Assembly (NCBI RefSeq): GCF_964355755.1
Contig: NC_092670.1
Span: forward strand, 15,858,795 to 15,922,794
From: Antedon mediterranea
Lineage: Eukaryota > Animalia > Echinodermata
Length of the DNA stretch: 64,000 nucleotides
Direction of reading: 5' to 3'
Shown piece by piece: positions 12,533-25,400 of this stretch. The translations under genes and the position numbers were made by a program. How positions within the stretch are numbered: the first letter of the stretch is position 1; the number at the start of each line of letters is the position of its first letter. The notes beneath the pieces were generated by a model that saw only the letters and a list, made by a program, of their open reading frames with translations, did not search any database and was not told where the DNA came from.

Positions 12533-13258
12533 ATAGTTCACTATGTCGGTCGGTCTCTCTGTCGGTCTGTCGGTCTGTCTGTCTGTCGGTCTGTCGGTTT
12601 GTCTGTCGGTCTGTCTGTCGGTCCGGTATCACTATGCGTTTTATCGCTTTTCTGTACTTTTTGAACTGTTTTGATGTCAACATGTGGGCATTTACGTGAA
12701 ATTGTGCACCTCCTATTGTGAATGACGTTAGAGTTGCGCAACGTGATTTACGTGTGATTTAACGATTTTCTTGTATTTAACATAGGTCAAAAACCAAATA
12801 ACATTTTAAATTGAAACTTTGCAAAAGTTTAATTTATATCAGGCGCTAACTTTCTGTTGAAAAAAATGTGTGTTTTACACAATGTTACGCGCGCACGCGC
12901 ATTTAAAATTTTAAAATGCGCAAAATTATTTTTAATCAACTTTCTACGCGTTTCTTGTCGTTTTGAGCATGTCAAAAATTTGTACGCGCGCGGTGCGCAC
13001 GTAGCGTTAAATACATACTTTTTTCGCGTGATTTATGTTTTTGGAGCCTTTTATAATAATTTTACCAACTTTTAAACAATTTCGACTTAAAATTACGTCA
13101 TATGAATTGGATAATTTGCGTACGTTTTTGATGAAAAAGTTCAACAATTCGTCAAAATTATGCCTTTGACTCTATAGTTCACTATGTCGGTCGGTCTGTC
13201 TGTCGGTCCGGTATCACTATGCATTGTAGCACGCGACTTAATGGCTGTTGGCCTTATT
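12533..13258 (+). mobile_element. Helentron-type (HINE/DINE-1-like) element with GTCT/GTCG microsatellite
   Basis: TATAGTTCACTATGTCGGTCGGTCT...CCGGTATCACTATGC occurs twice (12533 and 13173). The end GCACGCGACTT...GGCCTTATT matches the family at 11678. Confidence 0.6.
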
Positions 13259-13359
13259 ATATAAATGGTTACTATACGTCTATAAGATTATGATAACGCA
13301 ATATATGCACATATTTACCAATACTTTTGCATAAAAATAGTATTTTGAAAAGTGTATAT

Positions 13360-15381
13360 TTTGTACAGGAAAATTTCCGAAAAATAGCCAAATTTCAACC
13401 CTTTTATTTTTTAACATAAATGGTTACTATTGCATAATAAACATGCGCAGAGTCAAATAATGGGTTCTGCGCATGTCAATTGTGCTATAGTAACCACTTT
13501 TGACATAAATGGTTACTATAGCATAATAAACATGCGCAGAGTTGACTAATGGGTTCTGCGCATGTTAATTGTGCTATAGTAACCAGTTTTATCAAAAAAT
13601 AAAAAGGTCGAAAATTGGCCATTTTTTGGAAAAAATCCCTGTACTATAGTACAGGAAAATTTGCGAAAAATTGCCGAATTTCGACCCTTTTATTTTTTGA
13701 CATAAATGGTTACTATTGCATAATAAACATGCGCAGAGTCGAATAATGGGTTCTGCGCATGTCAATTGTGCTATAGTAACCACTTCTGACATAAATATAG
13801 TAACCACTTTTGACATAAATGGTTACTATGGCATAATAAACATGCGCAGAGTCGAATTTATGGGTTCTGCGCATGTCAATTTTGCTATAGTAACCAGTTT
13901 TATCAAAAAATAAAAAGGTCGAAAAATTGGCAATTTTTTTGAAAAAATCCCTGTACTATAGTACAGGAAAATTTCCGAAAAATGGCCGATTTTCGACCAT
14001 TTTATTTTTTGACATAAATGGTTACTATTGCATAATAAACATGCGCAGAGTCGAATAATGGGTTCTGCGCATGTCAATTGTGCTATAGTAACCACTTTTG
14101 ACATAAATGGTTACTATAGCATAATGAACATGCGCAGAGTCGAATAATGGGTTCTGCGCATGTCAATTGTGCTATAGTAACCACTTTTCACATAAATGGT
14201 CACTATAGCATAATAAACATGCGCAGAGTCGACTAATGGGTTCTGCGCATGTTAATTGTGCTATAGTAACCAGTTTTATCGAAAAATAAAAAGGTCGAAA
14301 ATTGGCCATTTTTTTTAAAAAATCCCTGTACTATAGTATAGGAAAATGTCCGAAAAATAACCGAATTTCGACCCTTTTATTTTTTGACATAAATGGTTAC
14401 TATTGCATAATAAACATGCGCAGAGTCGAATAATGGGTTCTGCGCATGTCAATTGTGCTATAGTAACCACTTTTGACATAAATGGTTACTATAGCATAAT
14501 AAACATGCGCAGAGTCGAATCATGGAGGTATACCTCCATGGTCGAATAATTGGTTCTGCGCATGTCAATTGTGCTATAGTAACCACTTTTGACATAAATG
14601 GTTACTATAGCTTAATAAACATGCGCAGAGTTGACTAATGGGTTCTGCGCATGTTAATTGTGCTATAGTAACCAGTTTTATCGAAAAATAAAAAGGGCGA
14701 AATTTTTTTGACAAAATTCCTGTATTATAGTACAGAAAAATTTCCGAAAAATGGCCGAATTTCGACCCTTTTATTTTTTGACATAAATGGTTACTATTGC
14801 ATAATAAACATGTGCAGAGTCGAATAATGGGTTCTGCGCATGTCAATTGTGCTATAGTAACCACTTTTGACATAAATGGTTACTATAGCATAATGAACAT
14901 GCGCAGAGTCGAATAATGGGTTCTGCGGATGTCAATTGTGCTATAGTAACCACTTTTGACATAAATGGTTACTATAGCATAATAAACATGCGCAGAGTCG
15001 AATCATGGAGTATACCTCCATGGTCGAATAATGGGTTCTGCGCATGTCAATTGTGCTATAGTAACCACTTTTGACATAAATGGTTACTATAGCTTAATAA
15101 ACATGCGCAGAGTTGACTAATGGGTCCTGCGCATGTTAATTTTGCTATAGTAACCAGTTTTATCGAAAAATAAAAAGGTCGAAATTTTTTTTAAAAAATC
15201 CCTGTACTATAGTACAGAAAAATTTGCGAAAAATGGCCGAATTTCGACCCTTTTATTTTTTGACATAAATGGTTACTATTGCATAATAAACATGCGCAGA
15301 GTCGAATAATGGGTTCTGCGCATGTCAATTTTGCAATAGTAACCACTTTTGACATAAATGGTTACTATAGCATAATAAACA
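13360..15381. repeat. Higher-order satellite of an 89-bp palindromic monomer A and an about 110-bp palindromic monomer B
   Basis: About 15 A units (GGTTACTATAGCA..CATGCGCAGA..TCTGCGCATG..TGCTATAGTAACC) and 5 internal B units centred on CCTGTACTATAGTACAGG. Degenerate copies lie at about 11100-12090 and 15630-15960. Confidence 0.95.
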
Positions 15382-17155
15382 TTGTTGTGCACTTGAATGG
15401 GTTTCCTATGACATAATAGGTGTTAATATGTCAATTGAGTGAGTCTTTCGTGGCATTTGTAGTTGAGTTAATCTTTGGTGACAATAGTAACACAAACTTG
15501 TAATTGAGTGATATTTTGATTTTTAAATTTCATATTTTTAGTTAAAATTTTGAATATCTGAATATACCACAAAGTGTATCATTCCCAAAATAGCCCAAAA
15601 AGATTTTTAAAAAATGTGTCAGTTCTTTCATGACAGGGCAGTATAGTACAGGGATTTTTCGAAAAATGGCAAAATTTCGACCCTTTTATTTTTTGACATA
15701 AATGGTTACTACACGTCTATAAGATGATGATAATGCAATATATGTGCATATTTACCAATACTATTGCATCAAAATAGTATTTTGAAAAGTGTATATTTTT
15801 GCCATAATCTCTGTACTAAAATGGTCACATTTCGACCCATTTTATTTTTTGACATAACGCAATTATCAAAATAGTATTTTGAAAAGTGTATATTTTCCTT
15901 TTATTTAGACTATAAAAAAGAGAAAAGTCAAAATTTTGTCATTTTTGCGCATGTCGAAGATGCCCAAATTATGACCTTTTCAAATTTCAGTTATATTATG
16001 TGTTAATATTACTAATATTGTTTTTATGGAAAGGCTTTAAGAGTAAAATAAACCAATAAACTGTTTTCAGCTGGTGTACAAAAAATACAATTTATCATCA
16101 TAAAGCAAATTATTACAAAAAGTACTTGGAACTTTTTACACAATACCGTAAATCATATTGCTCTGGCATACACATCAATATTGTGACGTTATCGTTATAG
16201 GGTCACAACACAACACCCTTTATTCTTTGCTTTCAACTGTATACCCAGAGGTAAACACCACCCCTAACTGGTGGCACCATGTAATACATTGTGCATATTA
16301 ATTTGAGCTCGTATGAATCTTACATCATCAAACTAAACTCTATCAACTCTTTATACTGCTCATCAGCTTATACAAATAATTATCATCTTTCAAAGTTGAT
16401 ATCAGTTTTTATAATACTGTTATTCATGATTCATACACTTTTTGCAAAATGTAGTAGAAATTAATGGTATAGTAATATCTATCTGTAGAATTGTGTGATT
16501 TTGTGCACATCCCCAGAGTAGACTTAATTTCCCCAAGTCTGTATTTATTGTAGTATACGTATGAAACGCCATATGTGCCAAAATATTTATCTTTTTACCA
16601 ATATTAATTGAAACTCTGCCTGGAACCCAGACTAAACCCTACGGAAGAACAACCATTTTGAGTTGATCTGTGATTAAAAAAAGTTTAATTGAAGGCATTT
16701 TGTGATTAAATTATTGCTACTAATGTATATAACAAGGTGGTCTTCACCATTTAGACAATTATACTAAATAAATCACTAGTTATTATTACTAATTATATCA
16801 TATATAGGATTTGAGCCAATCAGTTGCAGTCATTATTATTGTTCTATAATATCGGGTTAGTTTACCACCGTCTAAAAAATAATATTGCACAATTTCAAAC
16901 ATAATTTTAAATCAGTGAAAGCTTAAAAATAATTAAATGTTCACGTCAAGATTAAAGCTTCTCAAATGCAATTACAGATATATGCAAGATACTGAAGCAG
17001 AACATCATAGCCAAGAGAATAAAATATTTGGATACAGTACCTACAGTAATATATAAACAGGTTATGAGCCTGTAAAGTAGGGCACAGCTACTTTAATGAA
17101 TAAACATGAGCCTGTAAGTAGGACACACCTACTTTCATGAATAAATATGAGCTTT

Positions 17156-20100
17156 CTAGACATCTTCTGGTACAGTCTGTTCCTTAAGGTAGCACAATGC
17201 ATGAAATAGATTATTTGGTATGTGATCAGTTACCATACTGGGATTGATTATGATGTAAGAGAAATCTTCATGTCGTCCAAACTGTGCTTCATAACGCCTC
17301 TTTCCAAAGCAAGATCTGAAGAAATAATTATGCAGATAATAAAACAGTTGAAAACTGCCTCAGGAACAACATAGTGTGTGTGTGTGTATTTAAAGAAATA
17401 CTATGTACAAAGTATAAAAATACAACTTAATAAAAGCAAATCAAAGTACGGTCAACTCTCCCAATACCGAACACCTTTAAGCTGGCCAAATATGTATGAT
17501 TTTCTGGATATTCTGGTATTCTGAATGTGTTTTTTCAATGGTAAAAATGAATTTGGGAGAGTAGACTGTAATAACTGTAATATATTCATATTAGCAATTT
17601 AACGACTGGATTAGAGACTAATAAAGGAGTTTTACAAGATGGCTGAACATTAGCACATGGTCTGATTTCTTAGTGAAATACTTAGTGTTATCATTCATTC
17701 CCAGAGCACAATATATAACAATAACCAAGAATACTATCACAATTAATACAAGCAATTAAAGACATTAGAATACTTTACCTGTTAACCGATCGCGTTTCTT
17801 GAATCCAGATAAAATGTCCCGGCGGATAGAGCGCTACCTTATGAACAGACTGCGAACTCGTAGATGTACTACTGCCCTCACCTGAATACACCTGGCGAAC
17901 AGGTGATCCAGGAGAGTCATCAATAAGTGGCTGCTGTGGGTCCAACGATTCCTGATTTCCGCTGTTGTCCTCAGATTCTTCTGGCAACTTTTCGGGAAAA
18001 CCAAAAAATGAATGCCAACACGCCCCAAGCATTAGTTGATACTGTAGAAGAGAACATTTAATATCAGTAATAAAAAGAGCAACTGCTATTATTTGAGAAA
18101 CAAGCTTTCAGTAGTTAAAGGGGCGGATATTTCGTGAGGTCAAATAAAGTCATAATATCAGATTTCATCATACCTTTGGTCTTGTACTTTTCTTAATGAC
18201 AGATGACATGCGTTCTTTCAAATCGTCCAACGTTTCTAATGTTAACCTTGAAGAGGAAGACAAACAAAATGGATATCTATTATACAATGAATATGATTCA
18301 TAAAAAAACGTTAGTAAGCTACAGTAAGTTTATGAAAAATAGACATAATCTTTTGCAATTTTGTTGCTTGGTGAATTCACAAGCACGACTTACATCCTAA
18401 GGTTATAGTTTCAATCTATATATACAATAAAAATGTAGATATATATATTTTTTTAGTAACTTACCTAGGTACAACATCTTCTCCTAGAACAACTGAACAA
18501 ATAAAATCAGCAGAATATTGCACACCAGCCGCACTGAAACAAATTGATAATACTAAAAATAGAATAAATCAAACATCATTTTTACAGTACAGGTTTGTTT
18601 GTTTTATTAATTCTTTTCCACACACATCAATATACATTTTATCTAAATATTTAGATTTAAAAAAAACGATGATGAGAGTGGAAGGTGACCAAATAAGTTG
18701 AAAGGTACAGGTACAGAGTAGAATATTTAGAAAAACGATATTTTCGGGCTAGCCAAAAAATTAGTACAAAATTACAACCAGTTTCCACTTTCTGAATTGT
18801 TTGCTTACCTGATCAATCCACCAGGCGGTGCATATGCAAAGCAGGTTAATGAAGGCCACCTGGATTTAAGCATAATAGACAAGAGGCTGGCTGTACCTGC
18901 TCCCAGACTATGACCAACTACAACTACACTATAATCATCACTCTAAAGAGGATAAATCATTAACAGAATAGGGTAAAAGTACAGTAACATGCTTCAAAGA
19001 TAAGATAGGGTAGTATGGATATACACTTCTTCTCAACAAGAAATAAAAATAGGTGTACTAAATTCTAGAAGTATCATAGATTTCATGGAGTAAATAGCAA
19101 AGATAAACTTATCATACATAACTCAATTAGAAAGTATCTCTCTTATGCACATCACCATTATTTATTAATTCTAGCAAGTTTCTTGTTTAATGTTCACAGC
19201 ACACCATTTGTAAACTTGAATGTGTACAAAACCAGACTCATTCAGCAGAAATTCAAAGGCAATATTGTGATAAATAACCTGTATACTTTCTGACACTGAC
19301 ATGCCATTACCACTATGCTCTTACAGCTAAATCAAAACGATAAGTCAAACAGCCAGAAAAGTTAGCAGAGCTTTCGGGCCACACTAGCCCTTCATCAGTG
19401 CAAGTGAAGGAATTAAATTAAAATTAGAATTAAAATTCTAATATATGTATTTATGAATGAGTGCAACTCTTTCGCTTGCATAGGTAATACAGTATTTCTA
19501 TCTAAACTAATCCTTGTACCTCTGCTTTCTGGAATGCTTGTTCAATTATTTGGTTGTCTGTCAGAATTGTTTTGATAGTCTTGGCACTGCGTAGGATCCC
19601 TTTGTGAGCATAGATCTCATGTCCTTCAATGTCCATTTGCTCACACTCTGCTGTTGCATCTGTTAAGGCATCCTAAAACATCAACAAAAATACATCAAAA
19701 TCCACATCAACAAAATTACATTAAAATCAGTAGAACAACTTTAAAGCTTGGTTCCCATTAAGATGCAATGCAATGAAGTCATCATCATCTTTCAGGTTGT
19801 GATTGGTCAAATCACTTGCGTTACACCCACGTCTTTGAGTTACAAGCTTTATTTTACACACATCAGCAAGAAATTCGCCAATTACCTAATGGGAACCAAG
19901 CTTTAATAAGGACGATTTATGCCAAATACTGTTCAATTCTAGTCATTCTTTTTATATGTAAATGGGTATAAAGCTCTGTCCGTACTATCAAACCTTATGT
20001 TGAAAAAAAAATGTGCCCACGGATATGATGATGTCATATCATTACCATATTTGGGCTCATTACACTTTGTCAAACTAGTTTAATAGTGTAGACCGAGCAT

Positions 20101-22452
20101 AAGAGTTACTAAATACTGCCTGTACTAGTCTATTAGTATAATAAATGAAATTTAAAACTTACTTTTAAAGATAATGTTCCTCTAATTGAAACTACAACTG
20201 CTTTCTCATTATGATCCAAAGCAACAAAAAATGGCACTTCATATATCTATAAAAAAACAAATTATAAAATTACTATAAAGTATGCTTCATATCTGCTTCC
20301 CATAGTATAGTTAAAATTTATTTCTTAGTTGGATTGTGATGAACATTGCAAGTTACTGAAATTCAATAATTTGTTTATTTAACAATCATCTTGTTTGAAA
20401 AAATGGGTTTACTTCTGTCATTTGTTGTTAAATTAAAATTAATTGTGTTAAAAACATTACCTTATTTCTGTAACTCATATAAACTATATCTTTGTCTTTT
20501 AAGTTTGTGAGCTGCTTAACGGCGGATGTATTACAATTACAACAATTGTCATGCTGGGCTACACGTCCTGATCTACAACACATACAACATTGACAATGCC
20601 GACACAGATTGCATAGACCACATGACATGTTATCATACATATAGTACATCCAACCGTAGCATCCTAAGGCATAGAAAATATAATGACAGCATTTATCTAC
20701 TTCCTCTTCAAGAGGCATTATAGGTGGTGGTACAAGTGGAATGATTCGTTGCGGTATATGAGGGCGCTCTCCACGGCGTTGATGCCGCTCCTGATCGTAT
20801 TGCAGTAGAACAAGTCCAGCTGCTATATCTGAAGGAACAATATCAAGATCCTACAAAAAGTAATAAGAATAATAATGTTAAAGAAGGTTTACATGAATTT
20901 GACTACTAAAAATATATTCAAGTACAGAATCATACTTTAAAGCTTGGTTCCCACTAGAAATGCAATGCAAGGACGGAGACGCAACGCAAGCAAGTTGACT
21001 AATGGAAAGCAACTGTTTCGTATAATCCATCGCTTGTGATTCGCCAAATCACTTACTTTGCGTTGCGTCTCTAGTAGGAACCAAGCTTAAATGAATTTTT
21101 TATAAATACAGTAATTTACTCATGGTAAATGCATCACCTTGAAAAATGTGGCCATTAGGGCGGACACATCAGAAAAGGCATCTTGGGAATTTTCATCATT
21201 ACCAGCACAACAACATAGCAATCGACACCTTGAAAAAAGAACAAGTATAGTAAAATTAGTACTAACACGTCAAACAAAGACAGTACAATCTACAGCAAAA
21301 GGAGCTAGAATTTACATTAGGAATGATGGAGCCCATTTAAGAATTTTACTTGCAAAAACCAACATGAAATCAGGTGTAAAATTATGTCATAGATAGATTA
21401 TAACCATAGATAGGTTAGGTCTTATTTTGTGTCCTTTCTTTTATTAAATATAAAATGTATGCTGAATTAAAAACAATGCTTAAGCTCTATCCACACTATC
21501 AAACTTTATGTGACAAAAAAATGTGACGTGAGTGCCCATAATATGGACAGGATGATGTCATATCACTAACATATTTGAGCATATCACCACCATATTTAGG
21601 CACATCACACTTTTTTTTTTTAAAGTACCTTGATAGTGTAGACAGAGCTTTATGTTTACCTTCTTTCCCAAACTTGCTTTGCTGCATTTCCTGTGGTCGA
21701 CAGAAACTCCCTTGAATGTGACAAGTGTTCATCATCATCATCTGTAGTGTCGTCAATTGAGCCAAGCGGATCAAAAAAGATGAAAACAGCAATCAAAATA
21801 AAAAATGAAATAATCCAACTAGTGACGACTGTCCCTTTAACAGCACGAACCACGCTCATGTCGCATGCTTTGCCCTCAACAGGAGTTCTATTCTCCCACT
21901 CACTGAATCCCCAATACGCTCCAACTCCGCTCCATACCAGTTCAAGAAGAAATATTACAAGTCGAATGTAGAGAAACAGGGGGATGAACCTTCGAGGATG
22001 GGTGTTTGTTATTGAGCCTTGTCCACTTGTGTAGATAATTATTAACTCTAGAATTATTGCTAAACTGATGAGCGCGATAAAGCCGATGAAATAGGCCTCC
22101 AGCAACTCACCGCCAGGACAACGAAGAGTTTCACGGTGAGAAATATATACAGATGCAATTGCAGCCAGCCTAGATAATGAGGAGCAATAAAAAATGTTTA
22201 TCATATTCATATACTTTCTATATCAATCGTCATGGCTGATCTACAGGTATGCAGTGTATTAATTAATATAGTAGAACTGAATAATAAGTAGATAAAAATA
22301 TAAATAGTTACAAAACACTGTGAAAATGTAACATAGAAATAATTTTCTAGTGCTTACCACAATAGTCGTATAAAGACAGAGGTGATACCTGGAAACACAA
22401 AATCATCACTACCAATGGCCCAACGACGTCCAAAGGCAACCAGTGCAGGCAT
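17156..22452 (-). CDS. DAGLB: Diacylglycerol lipase beta, 11 coding exons, 673 aa
   Basis: Exons 22452-22358, 22169-21660, 21228-21138, 20850-20461, 20246-20163, 19672-19520, 18942-18809, 18533-18465, 18246-18174, 18041-17779 and 17315-17156 are GT-AG with consistent phases (2022 nt). It starts [22 protein letters not shown], has 4 TM segments, [24 protein letters not shown], the nucleophile motif GHSLGAG, GEDVVPR, LYPPG and MVTDHIP. It lacks the long C-terminal tail of DAGL alpha. Confidence 0.95.
17449..17568. mobile_element. Tc1/mariner (pogo-like) MITE in the last DAGLB intron
   Basis: TA|CGGTCAACTCTCCCAA...TTGGGAGAGTAGACTG|TA. Confidence 0.7.
19745..19902. mobile_element. MITE family 1 (Kolobok-like)
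   Basis: TTAA|AGCTTGGTTCCCATTA...TAATGGGAACCAAGCT|TTAA. Confidence 0.8.
19971..20099. mobile_element. MITE family 2 (AGCTCTGTCYACACTATCAAACT TIR)
   Basis: Same TIR and GATGTGCCC/GGGCACATC core as the copies at 21483, 33923, 47293, 60803 and 61624. Confidence 0.7.
20941..21087. mobile_element. MITE family 1 (Kolobok-like)
   Basis: TTAA|AGCTTGGTTCCCACTAG...CTAGTAGGAACCAAGCT|TAAA. Confidence 0.8.
21483..21649. mobile_element. MITE family 2
   Basis: AGCTCTATCCACACTATCAA...TTGATAGTGTAGACAGAGCT. It ends about 10 bp from the DAGLB exon 2 donor. Confidence 0.8.
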
Positions 22453-25400
22453 TTTGGGTAATTTGTATAATCTAATTCAAGTCTAGTAGGCCTAGACTAG
22501 TAGTAGTAGCTAGGATAAACATAACTTATCAATTGCTGTTGTCATATTATTTGAGATTCTGCAAACAATAAAAAAAGACAATAATGTAGGCTAATAATGT
22601 AATATTAATAATTAAAAACGGTATTAAAAATATCTTCTCCTTTAAACTTAAGCCTACAGTAGGTCTAAATAAAATGCATGCCTGGGCTGTGGGCTAGGCC
22701 TAAGTGTTTTAGCAGCCAAACCTACCGGGCCGGGTCCTGCTGCTCGGTGTAGGCCTAGGCTAGTCTGCTATCTATGCTAGGGCTAGGCCTAGCCTAGCCT
22801 ACTAGTAGTACTAGTAGTAGAAGTATGCCTAGCTAGAGTAGTAAACAAAGGGTAGGCCTAGTTTACATTCGCATATATAAATAGATAATTCCATAAAGAA
22901 ACTTAATTAAACTATTTCTTTTACCCCTCTCTCTCTCTGTAAAAGTACGGAAATAGTGTGGTATGGTAAATTCAATCACGAAGATGTCGATATTCGATAT
23001 TCACCAAAAATCGAACAATATGACCTTTTTTAGGGTCAACAATCAATGGAGCGGAAAAAAATAACGAAGTCAAACAAAATGAGGTTCATCAACAACGATA
23101 CGTAGCCTACCCATTATATTTATAAATCGTATTCACAGTCTGGAAATGTATGTGTCGAGGATTTACCAAAAAAAAAATAATGCTGATGGATGGATTGATA
23201 ACTTATGAAAGTATTCAAGAGGACATGATAGAAGCATTGCCATTAGGCCGTATACACCGCGGATACTACGGCTGAAAAAATGTATTTGGACTGGGCATGC
23301 GCAAACCCCAAAGCACGTCTGGGATAAGAGAGTCTATGAGATTTAGGCCTATCCTGAGAGTAGTAAGGTCTGTTCAATAAACAATGTTTTCGTTTTGGCT
23401 GACAATATTACTATAATACGTTACAAAAAACGTTTAATACTACTGTATTTCCTAAATTATTTAATAGAATATCAATATAAAAAAATTTAATCATTTATTG
23501 AAGAAAGAACAATAATTAAAACTGTTTTTTTTAAAAGAAATATTTCTTGTTATATTTGAATTGTTCCGGAATAGTATTAATCTAGACTGGTATGGATTTA
23601 AACTTTGTCTTTACGTGTGTATTGGCACGGGATGCGATCCAATAAGACGCTGCTGTGATTTTTCACGAAAGCCTTAATAAATTCCTGTCATTTGATTGGA
23701 CGATTGTGGGTCAGATGGTGTGCAATAGACTATTTAACGATTATTATATATTCCTTTTTTTGTGTTAATTTTTGGCTATAGTTAGGTCAATACGCGATAA
23801 GCACCAACCGGGCCGCGAATTTGTTATTACTCGACAGGTCTCATTCATGAGTATTACGACAAAAGAACTGGAAATTAGATTAGATATATAAGCATGTAAA
23901 TATTGGGTAAGGTTGTATCATGGACCTATAAAGTAGCTAATTTATAGGTATAGTTGTATCTACGGTTTTTTGGGCAAGCCGACTAATTGTGTGCTACAAC
24001 CGCCGGGGGCTTAACTCAAACTATACCGTTCCTGTTTTTTTTTGGTATTTTCAGGTTAAGGCGCGTGCGCAGCAGTCAGAGGAAAACATAGGCCTAATTG
24101 TTTATTTTGTAACATCTTGGGTTCAGAAGATACGATTGATATTGATACAAATCCTTCTGTCTCATTTATAAATTATAAACAAATGCATTGCCAATGATAC
24201 ATGATGATGAGATGAGATGATACAGGTAAACCAAACTTGCCCACAGTGGGCAACAGGAACGGTAGTCGGGTAATCCGCTACGAACGTATCTCAAATGGCA
24301 TTTTCTATCTGTATTTATAATAAATAGGCCTATTCTAGAAAACAAGCACCGTTTGTATCCTAATACATGCCTGCAGGTAGTCAATTAAGATACATTCTCT
24401 GTTATTAGACGGGAACTAATCCGTTAGATAAGGAACATAATTTCCTCTATGATGCTTTCAACCAACCGTACCCATGAGGTACGTTACAATTATACACATA
24501 CAAATACTGTATAATGAATATAAAGGAAGGAAAATATAGATGAATCTACGGTCGTCGTGAATACGTTTAAATACTTTATTGATTTGTTGATATAATCTTT
24601 TTAATGTCTCACGAATTACCAGCAACTAGTGAGGCATGCGCTCAAATGCTGTGGTTTTTATGTCCGTCTGCACTCTCGCGTATAGATAAAAAAAACTCTG
24701 ACCGTCAAACTACTGCAGCATTGAACGCACGCACGGACGTACGTGTAATTTGAGCGTCGTCGTTCAACTGGTAAATTATTAAGCTTCTTATTGAAGTGTG
24801 TAATATTTAATCATTTTTAATAGCTGTTTGCCAAAGTAATGTATTGTATGTCCAGCGTTCTGTTTATCTACATTATATCTACCTATTTTCTGCTGTATGA
24901 ACAGCACAAGTTTCTGATGTTTACATAATGCTGAAATATGCCTCCTACGTGTTGACAATCATGCGACCTTTGATACTTATAATAATTAGTCATTTTTCAA
25001 AAGTAACACGTTTTACGCTGCATAACATGTCAACAAATATTACTGTAAATGTTCGGTGAGTTGCCTTTTTTGCCTTAGTTTTCTAAGGGCTAGGTTTTAA
25101 AAGTTAATTAAACATGAAAGATGGACTTGAATATTTATGTTTAATAGGTCGTGCAGTAGGCTATAATGTTGGTGTGCACATTACACGATTTGAAACATTA
25201 TCGCCTTAAAAAGTGTCTTCAGAAAAGACGTTTTTGCATCATCATATATCACCACTTATTTAAACATTATTTTGTGTTTTTTTCTTCATTCTATGTGTTA
25301 ATATTTTGCACTTTCTTTGTGATAAGGTAGGCCTAGGGTACGGTTATTATGGTGAGTAAAACAAGATGGCGACAGGTCGGGATACTCATGTGTGCGTCCT

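Noticed and set aside
13360-15381. CRISPR-like palindromic repeats and the short ORFs within them
   Set aside because: The intervening sequences are themselves repeated, and the ORFs are translations of satellite monomers.
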